A stretch of DNA of 44,219 nucleotides, taken from the sequence record SRR22947727_1657. One strand, written 5' to 3'. Each line of letters starts with the position of its first letter. Within the stretch, counting starts at the first letter, position 1. This document shows positions 1 to 8,603 of the stretch, piece after piece. The translations under genes and the position numbers were made by a program. The notes under the pieces were generated by a model. It did not search any database. It was not told the DNA's origin and worked only from the letters and a program-made list of their open reading frames with translations.

Positions 1-321
1 CCCAGCAGGAATGGTTAATTTACCACCGTCTTTAATAATGTATGACCCTGTTAGATTGTATGCTTTAGAAGCGTCTAGTGTTTTAGCTTCTGAAAGTTCC
101 CCTTCTAAATTTTCTGAAGTATTGGCGTTTGTATCGCCGTCACCTTCAGATGGTTCTGAATCAGGACAAGTAACACCTGTAGATCCGCCACAATCTATTC
201 CAGTTTCGTTTCCATTTTGAATACCGTCATTGTCTGTGTTTGGTGTTTCATCCTTAGAACATGATGCCATTAATGTAACTATCGATAAGAACGCTACAGA
301 TTTTAAAATACTTTTTTTCAT
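1..321 (-). CDS. Lipoprotein partner of the TonB-dependent receptor (partial; 3' end runs off the window). Cys-containing DGxxNGxETGxDCGG module followed by a probable beta-helix-like region
   Basis: Not in the ORF track. Manual translation from ATG at 321 is open for 107 codons to base 1: MKKSILKSVAFLSIVTLMAS-CSKDETPNTDNDGIQNGNETGIDCGGSTGVTCPDSEPSEGDGDTNANTSENLEGELSEAKTLDASKAYNLTGSYIIKDGGKLTIPAG. It has an SPII lipobox (LMAS-C), an A-rich upstream region and the same orientation as the TBDR. Confidence 0.9.
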   Translation of the reverse strand, partial: MKKSILKSVAFLSIVTLMASCSKDETPNTDNDGIQNGNETGIDCGGSTGVTCPDSEPSEGDGDTNANTSENLEGELSEAKTLDASKAYNLTGSYIIKDGGKLTIPAG

Positions 322-347
322 TTTTAGATTGTATTAAATTTCTTTAA

Positions 348-413
348 CAAAAGAACGACCACTAGTTAAAGTAGCCGTTAATGTAGTTTTATCAATAAGT
401 AATCCTTGTATTA
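348..413 (-). promoter_or_regulatory. Putative promoter of the lipoprotein gene with Pho-box-like 11-bp-periodic repeats
   Basis: Variant -7 element TTCTTTTG (minus strand, 355-348). TTA cores on + at 378, 389, (400 degenerate) and 411, i.e. 11-bp spacing. The phasing matches the promoter upstream of the TBDR. Confidence 0.5.
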
Positions 414-414
414 A

Positions 415-3246
415 CTAAAAGTTATACGATAGCGATAAATTAACATTGGTTCCTTTTTTGTAAGTAAGTACATCTACATTTTGCACTTCTTGAGATCTTA
501 CTATGTTTGGATTTAGGAGATTCATTCCATTTAGGCCAATGCTTAAGTGTTTGTTAAGGGAAGCTTTAAAAACAACATCTAGCGTGGCGACTGCTTTGTC
601 TACTAAGTTTCCTTTTCCTTCCGTTCCGAGTGCATATATTCTGTCTGAGAAATAGTTGAAAGCTACGGTAGCCATAAGGTCTTTGTCTTCTGCAAATTGT
701 TTAGAGAAACTAAGGTCTCCGTTGATTAATAGGTCAGAGGCTCCTGACAAGCTATCTGATTCGTTAGTGAAATCTATACTAAGGGCCAGAATATCTGCAG
801 CAGTAGTTTCTTCAATAACCTTATCACCATCCAACTCTTGATTGGTGTGAAGGTAAGATACGTTAAGGCCAAAACTTAAATTGGTTTTTAGAAAAGCTTC
901 TGCTGTTTCTTTCTCACTTGAGAATAAACCTTTCCTTAGTTCGAATTCTGCTCCAAATGCTTTAGCGCTGTCCCCTGTGTTTACATAACTAATATCATTG
1001 GTAGCGGAGTTTACAGTTACATCGTTGATTGGATCTTGGATGTATTTACCAAAAATTCCTAATCCAATAACTTCAGAATTAGAAGGGAATAACTCCCATT
1101 TTAAATCTAGATTGTAATCTTTAGAAGCATATAAGCTAGGATTTCCAAAATAAACTTGAGTAACCTCTTCGAATTGAAACAAAGCCCTTTCTTTAAACTG
1201 AGGTAATGTGTATGTTTTACTTGCCGCGAATTTTAAATTTTGGTTTTCAGAAACAGCATATTTAAAACTTAAAGCAGGAAGTATTTCAAAAGTATTTAAT
1301 GTACTGGTGTCTCCATTTGGATCTAGAGAAGTACTCCAGCTTATTTCTTGACTAATGTCTTCTGCCCTTAAACCAAATACAAAGCTAGATTTTTGGTTTA
1401 TGGTTAATTCTAAATTGGCAAACGCCGCATGTATATCTTGTTTCCCAAAATAAGTCTGTGGGTCTAAAGCATTTGGGGTATTTATATTTCCTCTAAATGT
1501 TTCAATTGAAAATAATCCAGCCAATCTATTTTCTAAATTAAAGTAATTGTCAAGATTGTACACATCAGTGATTAAAGGATGAACAATCCTTTTGTTATTG
1601 GCGTCTCTTTTGGTAATTCTGAAGTTAAATTGGGTGGCCCCAAAATCTACTTCTTTCATTTTTCCTTGGTATCCAAAACTCAATTTACCTTCATGTTTTC
1701 CTATGTCTTCATTGTATTTGAATTTATATACTCCGTTTAAATTAGCAGCCATTTCATTTTCATCCAAAGTTTGGTAAAATCTATGGTTGTCTGCACCGTT
1801 TAATGTTTCGGCAAATGATTTTGGTCCTTCTGGAATGTCCCAATTACTTGGGGAAATTGTATTTTGCCTTCTATTGGGTATATTATTTTCAATAAGGTTA
1901 AAGGAGAGTCCCCAATTTAAATCCAGGTTTTCATTTAATTCATGTTTCCCTAATAATTGATTTACCCAAAGAGATGTTCTTTCATAAGAAGCACGTTGAA
2001 CAAAGGCACCACCCTCGGGTGCATAGTCAAATGCATCTATAACCCCGCGATATTCCTGCTGATTTTGAGCAGAGGTGTTTACAAATAAACTATTGTATTG
2101 GATGTAATTTTTCCTGTGTCTGAGTCCAATATTAGCCATGGCCGTACTATTGGTGTTGTACTCATATGTTTGGTAATCATAATCTCTTCTTGCAATACCA
2201 CCTACGGTTACAGAACCCCTAGTAACTCCTTCTTTATAGCTGTATCCATTGTCAAATGAGGCTACACCAAAAACATTCAATTTGGTTTCTTCTCCCAAAA
2301 TATAGGAATCTCCCGCCTTTAAGCTAAAACTAGTGTTAATAGGTTCGTTAGCCTGTGTTCTGTCCCAACTTGTTACAAAATTGTAATTATTTAGCGGGAA
2401 TGCTGGGTAGTTTTTAGTATAAAATCCATGCTGATTTGGACCCTCATTTAAAAAGAATGTGTCTACACCAGATGCCTCTGAATTAATTCCGGTACCAACT
2501 TTTAAGCTAACAAATCCGTCTCCTTTGTAATCCTTGGATACAATATCAATATTTGCGCCCGAAAAATCTCCATAATTTTCAGCACTATAGGTTTTGTCAA
2601 TTCCTATAAATTCTACAATATCTGTAGAAAATAAGCCAAGGTCAATATTTTTTTTTGATGGGTTGTTTGAAGGTAAAGGCAATCCGTTCAGCGTGGTAAT
2701 GTTGTACCTATCTCCAAGACCTCTTACAAAAATATTTCCTGAACCTTCTTGTTTTGAGATACCAGTTGTTTTAGTTACAGCTGTACCTACATCACCTACC
2801 CCTTTTCTAGCCAATTCTTGAGCGCCAATGGAAGTTTTAATTGTAGTGGCTCTTTTCTGATCTAATAAAAGTGCTGTTTCAGAATCTTTTTTAGCACTCA
2901 CTGTAATAACTACTTCATCTAATGCAACCCCTTCAGAAGCCCCCATAGGAACATTAAGAGTGGTTACTTTTCCTTCTGAAACCAAAACATTCTCAACAGT
3001 CACTGTTTCATATCCCAAATAGCTAAATATAATGGTGTAGTTTCCAGGACTGATATTTGGCAACTCATATAAACCGTCAAAATCTGATGTAGTCCCAATG
3101 GTTGTTCCTTGAATAAGGATATTGGCAAAAGCCAATGGTTCGTTATTGTTTTCTTTGTCAGATAGTGCTCCAACAACACTAGCAGTTTGTTGTCCTAAGA
3201 CAACTGAACTTACTAGAAAAAATAACATACTTAATAAGTGCCTCAT
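415..3246 (-). CDS. TonB-dependent outer-membrane receptor (non-SusC type) with N-terminal CarboxypepD_reg-like domain
   Basis: 943 aa. Signal peptide, N-terminal 'GTTSDFDGLYEL...FSYLGYET' domain, plug motif 'VRGLGDRYNITTLNG', beta-barrel-like C-terminus ending in F (LSLSYNF). Confidence 0.93.
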   Translation of the reverse strand: MRHLLSMLFFLVSSVVLGQQTASVVGALSDKENNNEPLAFANILIQGTTIGTTSDFDGLYELPNISPGNYTIIFSYLGYETVTVENVLVSEGKVTTLNVPMGASEGVALDEVVITVSAKKDSETALLLDQKRATTIKTSIGAQELARKGVGDVGTAVTKTTGISKQEGSGNIFVRGLGDRYNITTLNGLPLPSNNPSKKNIDLGLFSTDIVEFIGIDKTYSAENYGDFSGANIDIVSKDYKGDGFVSLKVGTGINSEASGVDTFFLNEGPNQHGFYTKNYPAFPLNNYNFVTSWDRTQANEPINTSFSLKAGDSYILGEETKLNVFGVASFDNGYSYKEGVTRGSVTVGGIARRDYDYQTYEYNTNSTAMANIGLRHRKNYIQYNSLFVNTSAQNQQEYRGVIDAFDYAPEGGAFVQRASYERTSLWVNQLLGKHELNENLDLNWGLSFNLIENNIPNRRQNTISPSNWDIPEGPKSFAETLNGADNHRFYQTLDENEMAANLNGVYKFKYNEDIGKHEGKLSFGYQGKMKEVDFGATQFNFRITKRDANNKRIVHPLITDVYNLDNYFNLENRLAGLFSIETFRGNINTPNALDPQTYFGKQDIHAAFANLELTINQKSSFVFGLRAEDISQEISWSTSLDPNGDTSTLNTFEILPALSFKYAVSENQNLKFAASKTYTLPQFKERALFQFEEVTQVYFGNPSLYASKDYNLDLKWELFPSNSEVIGLGIFGKYIQDPINDVTVNSATNDISYVNTGDSAKAFGAEFELRKGLFSSEKETAEAFLKTNLSFGLNVSYLHTNQELDGDKVIEETTAADILALSIDFTNESDSLSGASDLLINGDLSFSKQFAEDKDLMATVAFNYFSDRIYALGTEGKGNLVDKAVATLDVVFKASLNKHLSIGLNGMNLLNPNIVRSQEVQNVDVLTYKKGTNVNLSLSYNF

Positions 3247-3265
3247 GATGCGTTTAAATTTTGCG

Positions 3266-3361
3266 CAAATAAAGTGATATATGCTTTATTAAAGGTTAGG
3301 ACTAGATTAAGAATTTAAAGGGGAATGGTTATCTAAATGTTAACAGATTAAATCAATGTTA
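3266..3361 (-). promoter_or_regulatory. Putative TBDR promoter with Pho-box-like direct repeats
   Basis: Variant -7 element TTTATTTG (minus, 3273-3266). GGTTA/GATTA/TGTTA repeats with TTA cores at 3296, 3307, 3329, 3340, plus a second pair at 3348 and 3359 (11-bp period). Lies next to an OmpR-family regulator. Confidence 0.6.
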
Positions 3362-3389
3362 AGCCCGTCTGGGATATAAGTATTATATT

Positions 3390-3397
3390 TACTTTTG
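3390..3397 (+). promoter_or_regulatory. Bacteroidota sigma70 -7 element of the phoP-phoR operon
   Basis: TACTTTTG matches TAnnTTTG, 23 nt upstream of the ATG at 3421. Confidence 0.6.
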
Positions 3398-3420
3398 AGC
3401 ACTAACCATGTTTTCAAACC

Positions 3421-4113
3421 ATGAACAACAAAGACATAAAGATTCTTTTAGTAGACGACGAGCCAGATATTTTAGAAATTGTGAGTTACAATTTATCTGC
3501 AGAAGGATACCAAGTGTACACAGCCAGTAATGGTGTTGAAGGGGTGGCTAAAGCAAAGAAGAAACAACCCCATTTAATTATTTTAGATGTAATGATGCCT
3601 GAGATGGATGGTATAGAAGCATGCGAAAAAATTAGAGCAACTTCTGGCCTTGAAAATACCATTGTTGCGTTTCTAACCGCTAGAGGAGAGGATTATTCTC
3701 AGGTGGCTGGTTTTGATGCTGGTGCAGATGATTATATTACCAAACCCATTAAGCCTAAAGTTTTGGTCAGTAAGGTAAAGGCTTTACTCAGAAGATTTAA
3801 TGAAGGAGCTGTAACTGCTGAAGCAGAAGATATTACAAGTGTAGGCGATCTAATCATTAATAGAGAGGAATATAAAATTGTCCACAAAGGCATTGAATTG
3901 GTCCTTCCTAGAAAGGAGTTTGAGCTCCTCGCTTTATTGGCCTCTAAGCCAAATAAAGTATTTAAAAGAGAGGTTATTTTAGATAAGGTTTGGGGCAACG
4001 AGGTGGTTGTAGGTGGCAGAACGATTGATGTTCACATTAGGAAACTCCGAGAGAAAATTGGTGACAACAACTTTAAAACCGTTAAAGGAGTTGGCTATAA
4101 GTTTGTACTTTAG
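3421..4113 (+). CDS. phoP: OmpR/PhoB-family response regulator, PhoP/PhoB-like
   Basis: Receiver domain (LLVDDE, ILDVMMPEMDG, FLTA, YITKP) plus winged helix (RTIDVHIRKLREK, KTVKGVGY). Paired with a PhoR-like kinase. Confidence 0.88.
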   Translation: MNNKDIKILLVDDEPDILEIVSYNLSAEGYQVYTASNGVEGVAKAKKKQPHLIILDVMMPEMDGIEACEKIRATSGLENTIVAFLTARGEDYSQVAGFDAGADDYITKPIKPKVLVSKVKALLRRFNEGAVTAEAEDITSVGDLIINREEYKIVHKGIELVLPRKEFELLALLASKPNKVFKREVILDKVWGNEVVVGGRTIDVHIRKLREKIGDNNFKTVKGVGYKFVL

Positions 4114-4119
4114 CAATCT

Positions 4120-5175
4120 ATGGCAATTAAACTAAAGAAATCTTATCGCTTTGCACTGCGGTCTTCTTTGATCATTTCTATTTTACTCACGCTGGCTTTA
4201 GGGCTACTTCTAGATGCAGTAAATTCATTAGTGTGGGGTGTTTTGGCAGTTTATTTATTGCTTAGTTTTTTCATTTGCTTTGTAGTCATTCAGCTCCGAG
4301 TAGAGCAGTTTATTTACCGTAGGATTAAAAAGATATATGATGAGGTGTCTTTATTAGAGTCTAAATCTTTAGCAAATATTCCTGTAACAACAGACATGAG
4401 AACGCTTACTGAAGAAATTGAGCGTTTTGCGCAAAACAAAAAAGTAGAAATAGACACACTTAAAATTAGAGAAGAATACAGAAAGGATTATTTGGGCAAT
4501 GTGTCTCACGAGTTAAAAACCCCTCTTTTTACGGTGCAAGGTTATATTTTAACCCTCTTAGATGGCGCAATGAGTGACAAAACCCTTTTGAAAAAGTATT
4601 TAGAGCGCGCAGCAAAGGGAGTAGATCGTTTAACCTACATCATTGAAGACTTGGATTTAATCACTAAATTAGAAGTGGGCGATTTAAATTTAGACCCTGT
4701 TGCTTTTGATATTGTAGAATTGGTTCAGCAGGCTTTTGAAATGTTAGAGATTAGGGCAAAAAAAAAGCACATTACCTTGTCTTTTGACAAGGCATATAGC
4801 GCTCCAATTTATGTAAAAGCAGACAAGAATAAGATCCAACAAGTACTTATTAACCTCATTATAAACGCAATTAAGTACGGGCATGAAAATGGGACAACGG
4901 AAGTGTCTATTGAAAACCTGATTAAAAATAAAGTAATCGTGCGTATTACAGACAATGGAGAAGGGATTGAGAAGGCTAATATTCCAAGACTCTTTGAACG
5001 CTTCTTTCGTGTAGACAAGAGTGGTAGCAGGGCAGAAGGAGGTTCAGGTTTGGGTCTCGCCATTGTAAAGCATATTCTAGAAGCCCACGGAGAAAAGATT
5101 TATGTAGAAAGTGTGGTAGATGTAGGTTCAGAGTTTTCTTTTACCTTGGAAAAGACAGAAAATTTCCAGGCCTAA
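4120..5175 (+). CDS. phoR: Sensor histidine kinase, PhoR-like
   Basis: Two N-terminal TM segments. H-box VSHELKTPL, N-box NLIINAIKY, G1 DNGEGI, F-box LFERFFRVDKS, G2 GGSGLGLAIVK. Confidence 0.87.
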   Translation: MAIKLKKSYRFALRSSLIISILLTLALGLLLDAVNSLVWGVLAVYLLLSFFICFVVIQLRVEQFIYRRIKKIYDEVSLLESKSLANIPVTTDMRTLTEEIERFAQNKKVEIDTLKIREEYRKDYLGNVSHELKTPLFTVQGYILTLLDGAMSDKTLLKKYLERAAKGVDRLTYIIEDLDLITKLEVGDLNLDPVAFDIVELVQQAFEMLEIRAKKKHITLSFDKAYSAPIYVKADKNKIQQVLINLIINAIKYGHENGTTEVSIENLIKNKVIVRITDNGEGIEKANIPRLFERFFRVDKSGSRAEGGSGLGLAIVKHILEAHGEKIYVESVVDVGSEFSFTLEKTENFQA

Positions 5176-5204
5176 TTACCAAAAATTTTCACCTTATATT
5201 TTCT

Positions 5205-5212
5205 TAGCTTTG
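5205..5212 (+). promoter_or_regulatory. -7 promoter element of trmB
   Basis: TAGCTTTG matches TAnnTTTG just upstream of trmB. Confidence 0.5.
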
Positions 5213-5224
5213 CCAGATCTTTAA

Positions 5225-5908
5225 ATGATGACTGCTTTGGGAAGTAAAAACAAGTTAAAAAGGTTCAAGGAAAATGAAACATTCACCAATGTGTTTCAAC
5301 CTTCAAGGGAAGAAGTATTAAACAAAAGCTTAGGGAAAGAGGGGCAATGGGCCCATTTTTTTGGAAACAACAATCCAATAGTCTTGGAATTGGGCTGTGG
5401 TAAGGGAGAGTACACAGTTGGTTTGGCCAAGCGGTATCCGAATAAAAATTTTATTGGAATTGACATAAAAGGGGCAAGATTTTGGCGTGGGGCTAAAACA
5501 GCTTTAGAGGAAACGCTCCCTAATGTGGCTTTTATTAGAACCCAAATTGAACTCGTAGAACATTTATTTTTCACCCAGGAAGTGGCAGAGATTTGGATTA
5601 CTTTTCCAGATCCTCAAATAAAATACAAGCGAACCAAACACCGATTGACCAATCCTGTTTTTTTGGATAGGTACAAGCAAATTTTAAGCCCTTCAGGATG
5701 TGTTCACTTAAAAACTGATTCTGAATATATGCATGGCTATACCTTAGGTCTATTACAAGGTATGGGACTTCCAATCGCTTATGCCAATCATGATGTCTAC
5801 AAGAATGAAGGCAGTCCAGAAGAAGTATTGGGTATTCAGACTTTCTATGAAAATCAGTATCTTGCCTTAGGAAAACCCATTACATATTTGCGTTTTAGTT
5901 TTTCCTAA
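5225..5908 (+). CDS. trmB: tRNA (guanine-N7)-methyltransferase (true start may be TTG at 5237)
   Basis: Motifs LELGCGKGEY, FIGIDIK, ITFPDPQ, HRLT and HLKTD are characteristic of TrmB. Confidence 0.95.
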   Translation: MMTALGSKNKLKRFKENETFTNVFQPSREEVLNKSLGKEGQWAHFFGNNNPIVLELGCGKGEYTVGLAKRYPNKNFIGIDIKGARFWRGAKTALEETLPNVAFIRTQIELVEHLFFTQEVAEIWITFPDPQIKYKRTKHRLTNPVFLDRYKQILSPSGCVHLKTDSEYMHGYTLGLLQGMGLPIAYANHDVYKNEGSPEEVLGIQTFYENQYLALGKPITYLRFSFS

Positions 5909-5961
5909 TCTATATATTAGATAACATTTAGTGAAATTCACTAAGCGTTTAAACGTCATTT

Positions 5962-6600
5962 ATGTCTCATTTACTGGTACTTTTTTTTGTTACTTTTTCC
6001 GCTGCTTTTATGGCAACAGTACCTCCTGGTCTCTTAAATATGAGCGCTGCTAAAATTAGTGTAGAAAAAGGGCCCAACAACGCTTATATATTTAGTTTAG
6101 GGGTTGTAGTTGTGGTACTTATTCAAGCTTATGTAGCTGTTTTAATTTCTAAATTTTTATTTAGCCACCCAGAAGTTATTGCCCTTTTAATGAAGGTAGC
6201 TGTAGGTGTTTTTTGTGCTTTTTCAGTATACTTCTTTGTGTCGGCCAGAGGCCAAAAAAAACCCAAGACAGGTTTTTTAAAAGCAAAGAAACGAAGTAGT
6301 TTTTTTAAGGGGATGTTTCTCGCGGCAGTAAATTTATTAAGTATCCCTTATTACAGTGGGCTGAATGCTATGTGGAAAGCCTCTGGATGGATCTCATTTA
6401 CTTTAGAAGACACCCTTGTTTTTATGGTAGCTACTGCAGCAGGCACATTTTCTGTGCTGTATCTATACACAGTGTATTTTAAAAAATTGCAAAAGAAAAA
6501 CAGGGTTTTTTCTTCCAAAGCAAATTATATATTGGCTGGACTGATGTTGTTTTTAGCCTCCGTGACCTTATTTAGGATATACCATGAAACACAGTCCTAA
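5962..6600 (+). CDS. LysE-family translocator-like membrane protein
   Basis: 212 aa, about 6 hydrophobic segments. N-terminal 'PPGLLN' and central 'FFKGMFLAAVN' resemble LysE-family motifs. Confidence 0.7.
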   Translation: MSHLLVLFFVTFSAAFMATVPPGLLNMSAAKISVEKGPNNAYIFSLGVVVVVLIQAYVAVLISKFLFSHPEVIALLMKVAVGVFCAFSVYFFVSARGQKKPKTGFLKAKKRSSFFKGMFLAAVNLLSIPYYSGLNAMWKASGWISFTLEDTLVFMVATAAGTFSVLYLYTVYFKKLQKKNRVFSSKANYILAGLMLFLASVTLFRIYHETQS

Positions 6601-6934
6601 GACCCTTTCATTTTTTGATAAAGTATACGCTGTTGTACGACTCATTCCTTACGGCAGAGTGACCTCTTATGGTGCTATAGCGGCCTATTTAGGCAGTAGG
6701 GGTTCTGCCAGAATTGTCGGTTGGGCCATGAACGCCTCTCATGGAGATATGAGTATTCCTGCGCATAGGGTGGTAAACAGAAATGGCTTACTTACAGGAA
6801 AGCATCATTTTGATGGAACCAATCTCATGCAGCAACTTTTAGAGAGTGAAGGAGTGGTGGTTTTAGAAAATGAAATAGTGGGTCTAGAAAGCTATTTTTG
6901 GGACCCTAATTTGGCTTTAAAATCTGAGGGATAA
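6584..6934 (+). CDS. MGMT-family alkyltransferase-like (ATL) DNA-binding protein
   Basis: IPYGRVTSYGAIA, ARIVGWAMN, PAHRVVN (active-site Cys replaced by Ala), LLESEGV. Confidence 0.88.
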   Translation: MKHSPKTLSFFDKVYAVVRLIPYGRVTSYGAIAAYLGSRGSARIVGWAMNASHGDMSIPAHRVVNRNGLLTGKHHFDGTNLMQQLLESEGVVVLENEIVGLESYFWDPNLALKSEG

Positions 6935-6938
6935 GCTG

Positions 6939-6967
6939 TATCTTTGTAATTTAGAATCAGTTTAATT
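6939..6967 (+). promoter_or_regulatory. -7 element plus Fur-box-like site upstream of mrp
   Basis: TATCTTTG at 6939-6946, then the 9-1-9 imperfect palindrome ATTTAGAATCAGTTTAATT at 6949-6967 overlapping the expected transcription start. Confidence 0.55.
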
Positions 6968-7015
6968 AGGGGAATTCCCCAACAAAATAGGCCCTAGGTC
7001 ACAAGCAAGCGTAGT

Positions 7016-8158
7016 ATGCAAATAAAAAAGGCAGCCGTATTAGAGGCATTATCTAAAATATCTGCACCTGGTGAGGGTGTTAACCTAGTTGAAAGTGGTG
7101 CTGTCACTAATGTCCAGATTTTTGGCGATGAGGTAACAGTAGATATTAGTATTGCTAATCCAAGTTTACAAGCACGTAAAAAGACGGAGGTAGAGGTACT
7201 TAAAATCATTCATTCTGAGGTATATGAAAAGGCTAAAATAACGGTGAACGTTAAGGTCGTTACTCCGCCAAAAGCCGCATCCAATGAAATTAAAGGCAAA
7301 CCCATTCCAGGCATCCAAAATATTGTGGCTATTGCTTCTGGAAAAGGAGGTGTTGGAAAATCTACCGTAACGGCAAATATAGCCGTCACTCTTGCTAAAA
7401 TGGGTTTTAAAGTAGGTGTTTTAGACGCAGATATTTACGGCCCATCCATTCCCTTGATGTTTGACGTTTCTGCAGAAAAGCCATTGGCAGTTAATATAGA
7501 CGGAAAGTCTAAAATGAAACCCGTTGAAAATTATGGTGTTAAAGTACTTTCTATAGGTTTTTTTACGCAACCCAATCAGGCGGTAATTTGGCGTGGTCCT
7601 ATGGCCGCTAAAGCCTTGAATCAAATGATTTTTGACGCCCATTGGGGGGAATTGGATTTCCTATTATTGGATCTTCCGCCAGGTACTGGAGACATTCACC
7701 TCAGTATTATGCAATCCCTACCGGTTACCGGTGCTGTTGTGGTGAGCACGCCTCAAGAGGTGGCCTTGGCCGATGCCAGAAAAGGTGTCGCCATGTTCAT
7801 GCAAGAAGCCATTAATGTGCCTGTATTAGGAGTGGTTGAAAACATGGCTTATTTTACGCCAGAAGAATTACCAGACAATAAGTACTATATTTTTGGAAAA
7901 GAAGGGGCCCAAAATTTGGCCTCAGATTTAAAAATTCCTTTCTTGGGAGAAGTGCCTTTGGTACAGAGCATTAGAGAAGCTGGAGACGTTGGAAGACCTG
8001 CTGCACTTCAAGAAGAAGGGCCTTTAAAAGAAGCCTTTGAGGAGATTACTAGAAATGTAGTGAGGGAATTGGTCGTAAGACACACTGATTTACCGCCTAC
8101 AGAAGCTATAAAAATAACGACTATGGCTGGCTGTTCCGCAGTAAAGCCTAAGAAATAA
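7016..8158 (+). CDS. mrp: Mrp/NBP35 (ApbC) Fe-S cluster carrier ATPase with N-terminal DUF59-like domain
   Basis: Deviant Walker A SGKGGVGKST, DADIYGPS, WRGPM, DLPPGTGD, GVVENMA. Confidence 0.95.
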   Translation: MQIKKAAVLEALSKISAPGEGVNLVESGAVTNVQIFGDEVTVDISIANPSLQARKKTEVEVLKIIHSEVYEKAKITVNVKVVTPPKAASNEIKGKPIPGIQNIVAIASGKGGVGKSTVTANIAVTLAKMGFKVGVLDADIYGPSIPLMFDVSAEKPLAVNIDGKSKMKPVENYGVKVLSIGFFTQPNQAVIWRGPMAAKALNQMIFDAHWGELDFLLLDLPPGTGDIHLSIMQSLPVTGAVVVSTPQEVALADARKGVAMFMQEAINVPVLGVVENMAYFTPEELPDNKYYIFGKEGAQNLASDLKIPFLGEVPLVQSIREAGDVGRPAALQEEGPLKEAFEEITRNVVRELVVRHTDLPPTEAIKITTMAGCSAVKPKK

Positions 8159-8205
8159 AACGCCCCCCTATTGTGGTAGCGACATTGATACTTAAATTTT
8201 AGTCC

Positions 8206-8445
8206 ATGACAGCAGATGAATTGTTACAGCAAGTAGAAAAAGCCCTAGATGAGATTAGGCCTTTTTTACAATCAGATGGAGGAGACATTGCCTTAGAAGG
8301 CATTGAGGGTAACACGGTTAAAGTAAGGTTAATGGGCGCATGCGTAGGCTGCTCAGTAAATCAAATGACCTTAAAAAGTGGGGTAGAACTCACCATTAAA
8401 AAGTATGCCCCTCAGATTGAACAAGTGATTAATCTCGAAGACTAA
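8206..8445 (+). CDS. NifU C-terminal (Nfu)-type Fe-S carrier protein
   Basis: IRPFLQSDGGDI...GACVGC (CxxC)...TLKSGVE. Confidence 0.92.
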   Translation: MTADELLQQVEKALDEIRPFLQSDGGDIALEGIEGNTVKVRLMGACVGCSVNQMTLKSGVELTIKKYAPQIEQVINLED

Positions 8446-8603
8446 GCATTTATTAGGGGCACAAATATCTCAAAATATGGCCTGCTTAGTCCTGAGAGAT
8501 TTGCTGACAAATGTCATGAGATATAACCCCATTAGAGGCTATTTTTGAATTTGAATATTTTAATATAGCGCACTGCATTTTGCAGTACGTTTTTACAATT
8601 GCT

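Noticed and set aside
11-220. 69-aa plus-strand ORF in the track
   Set aside because: Antisense shadow of the minus-strand lipoprotein gene (321 to <1), which has a signal peptide and lipobox.
8580-8603. TTG start for the reductase given by the track
   Set aside because: ATG at 8604 places the Rossmann motif at the usual N-terminal position and follows an AT-rich leader.
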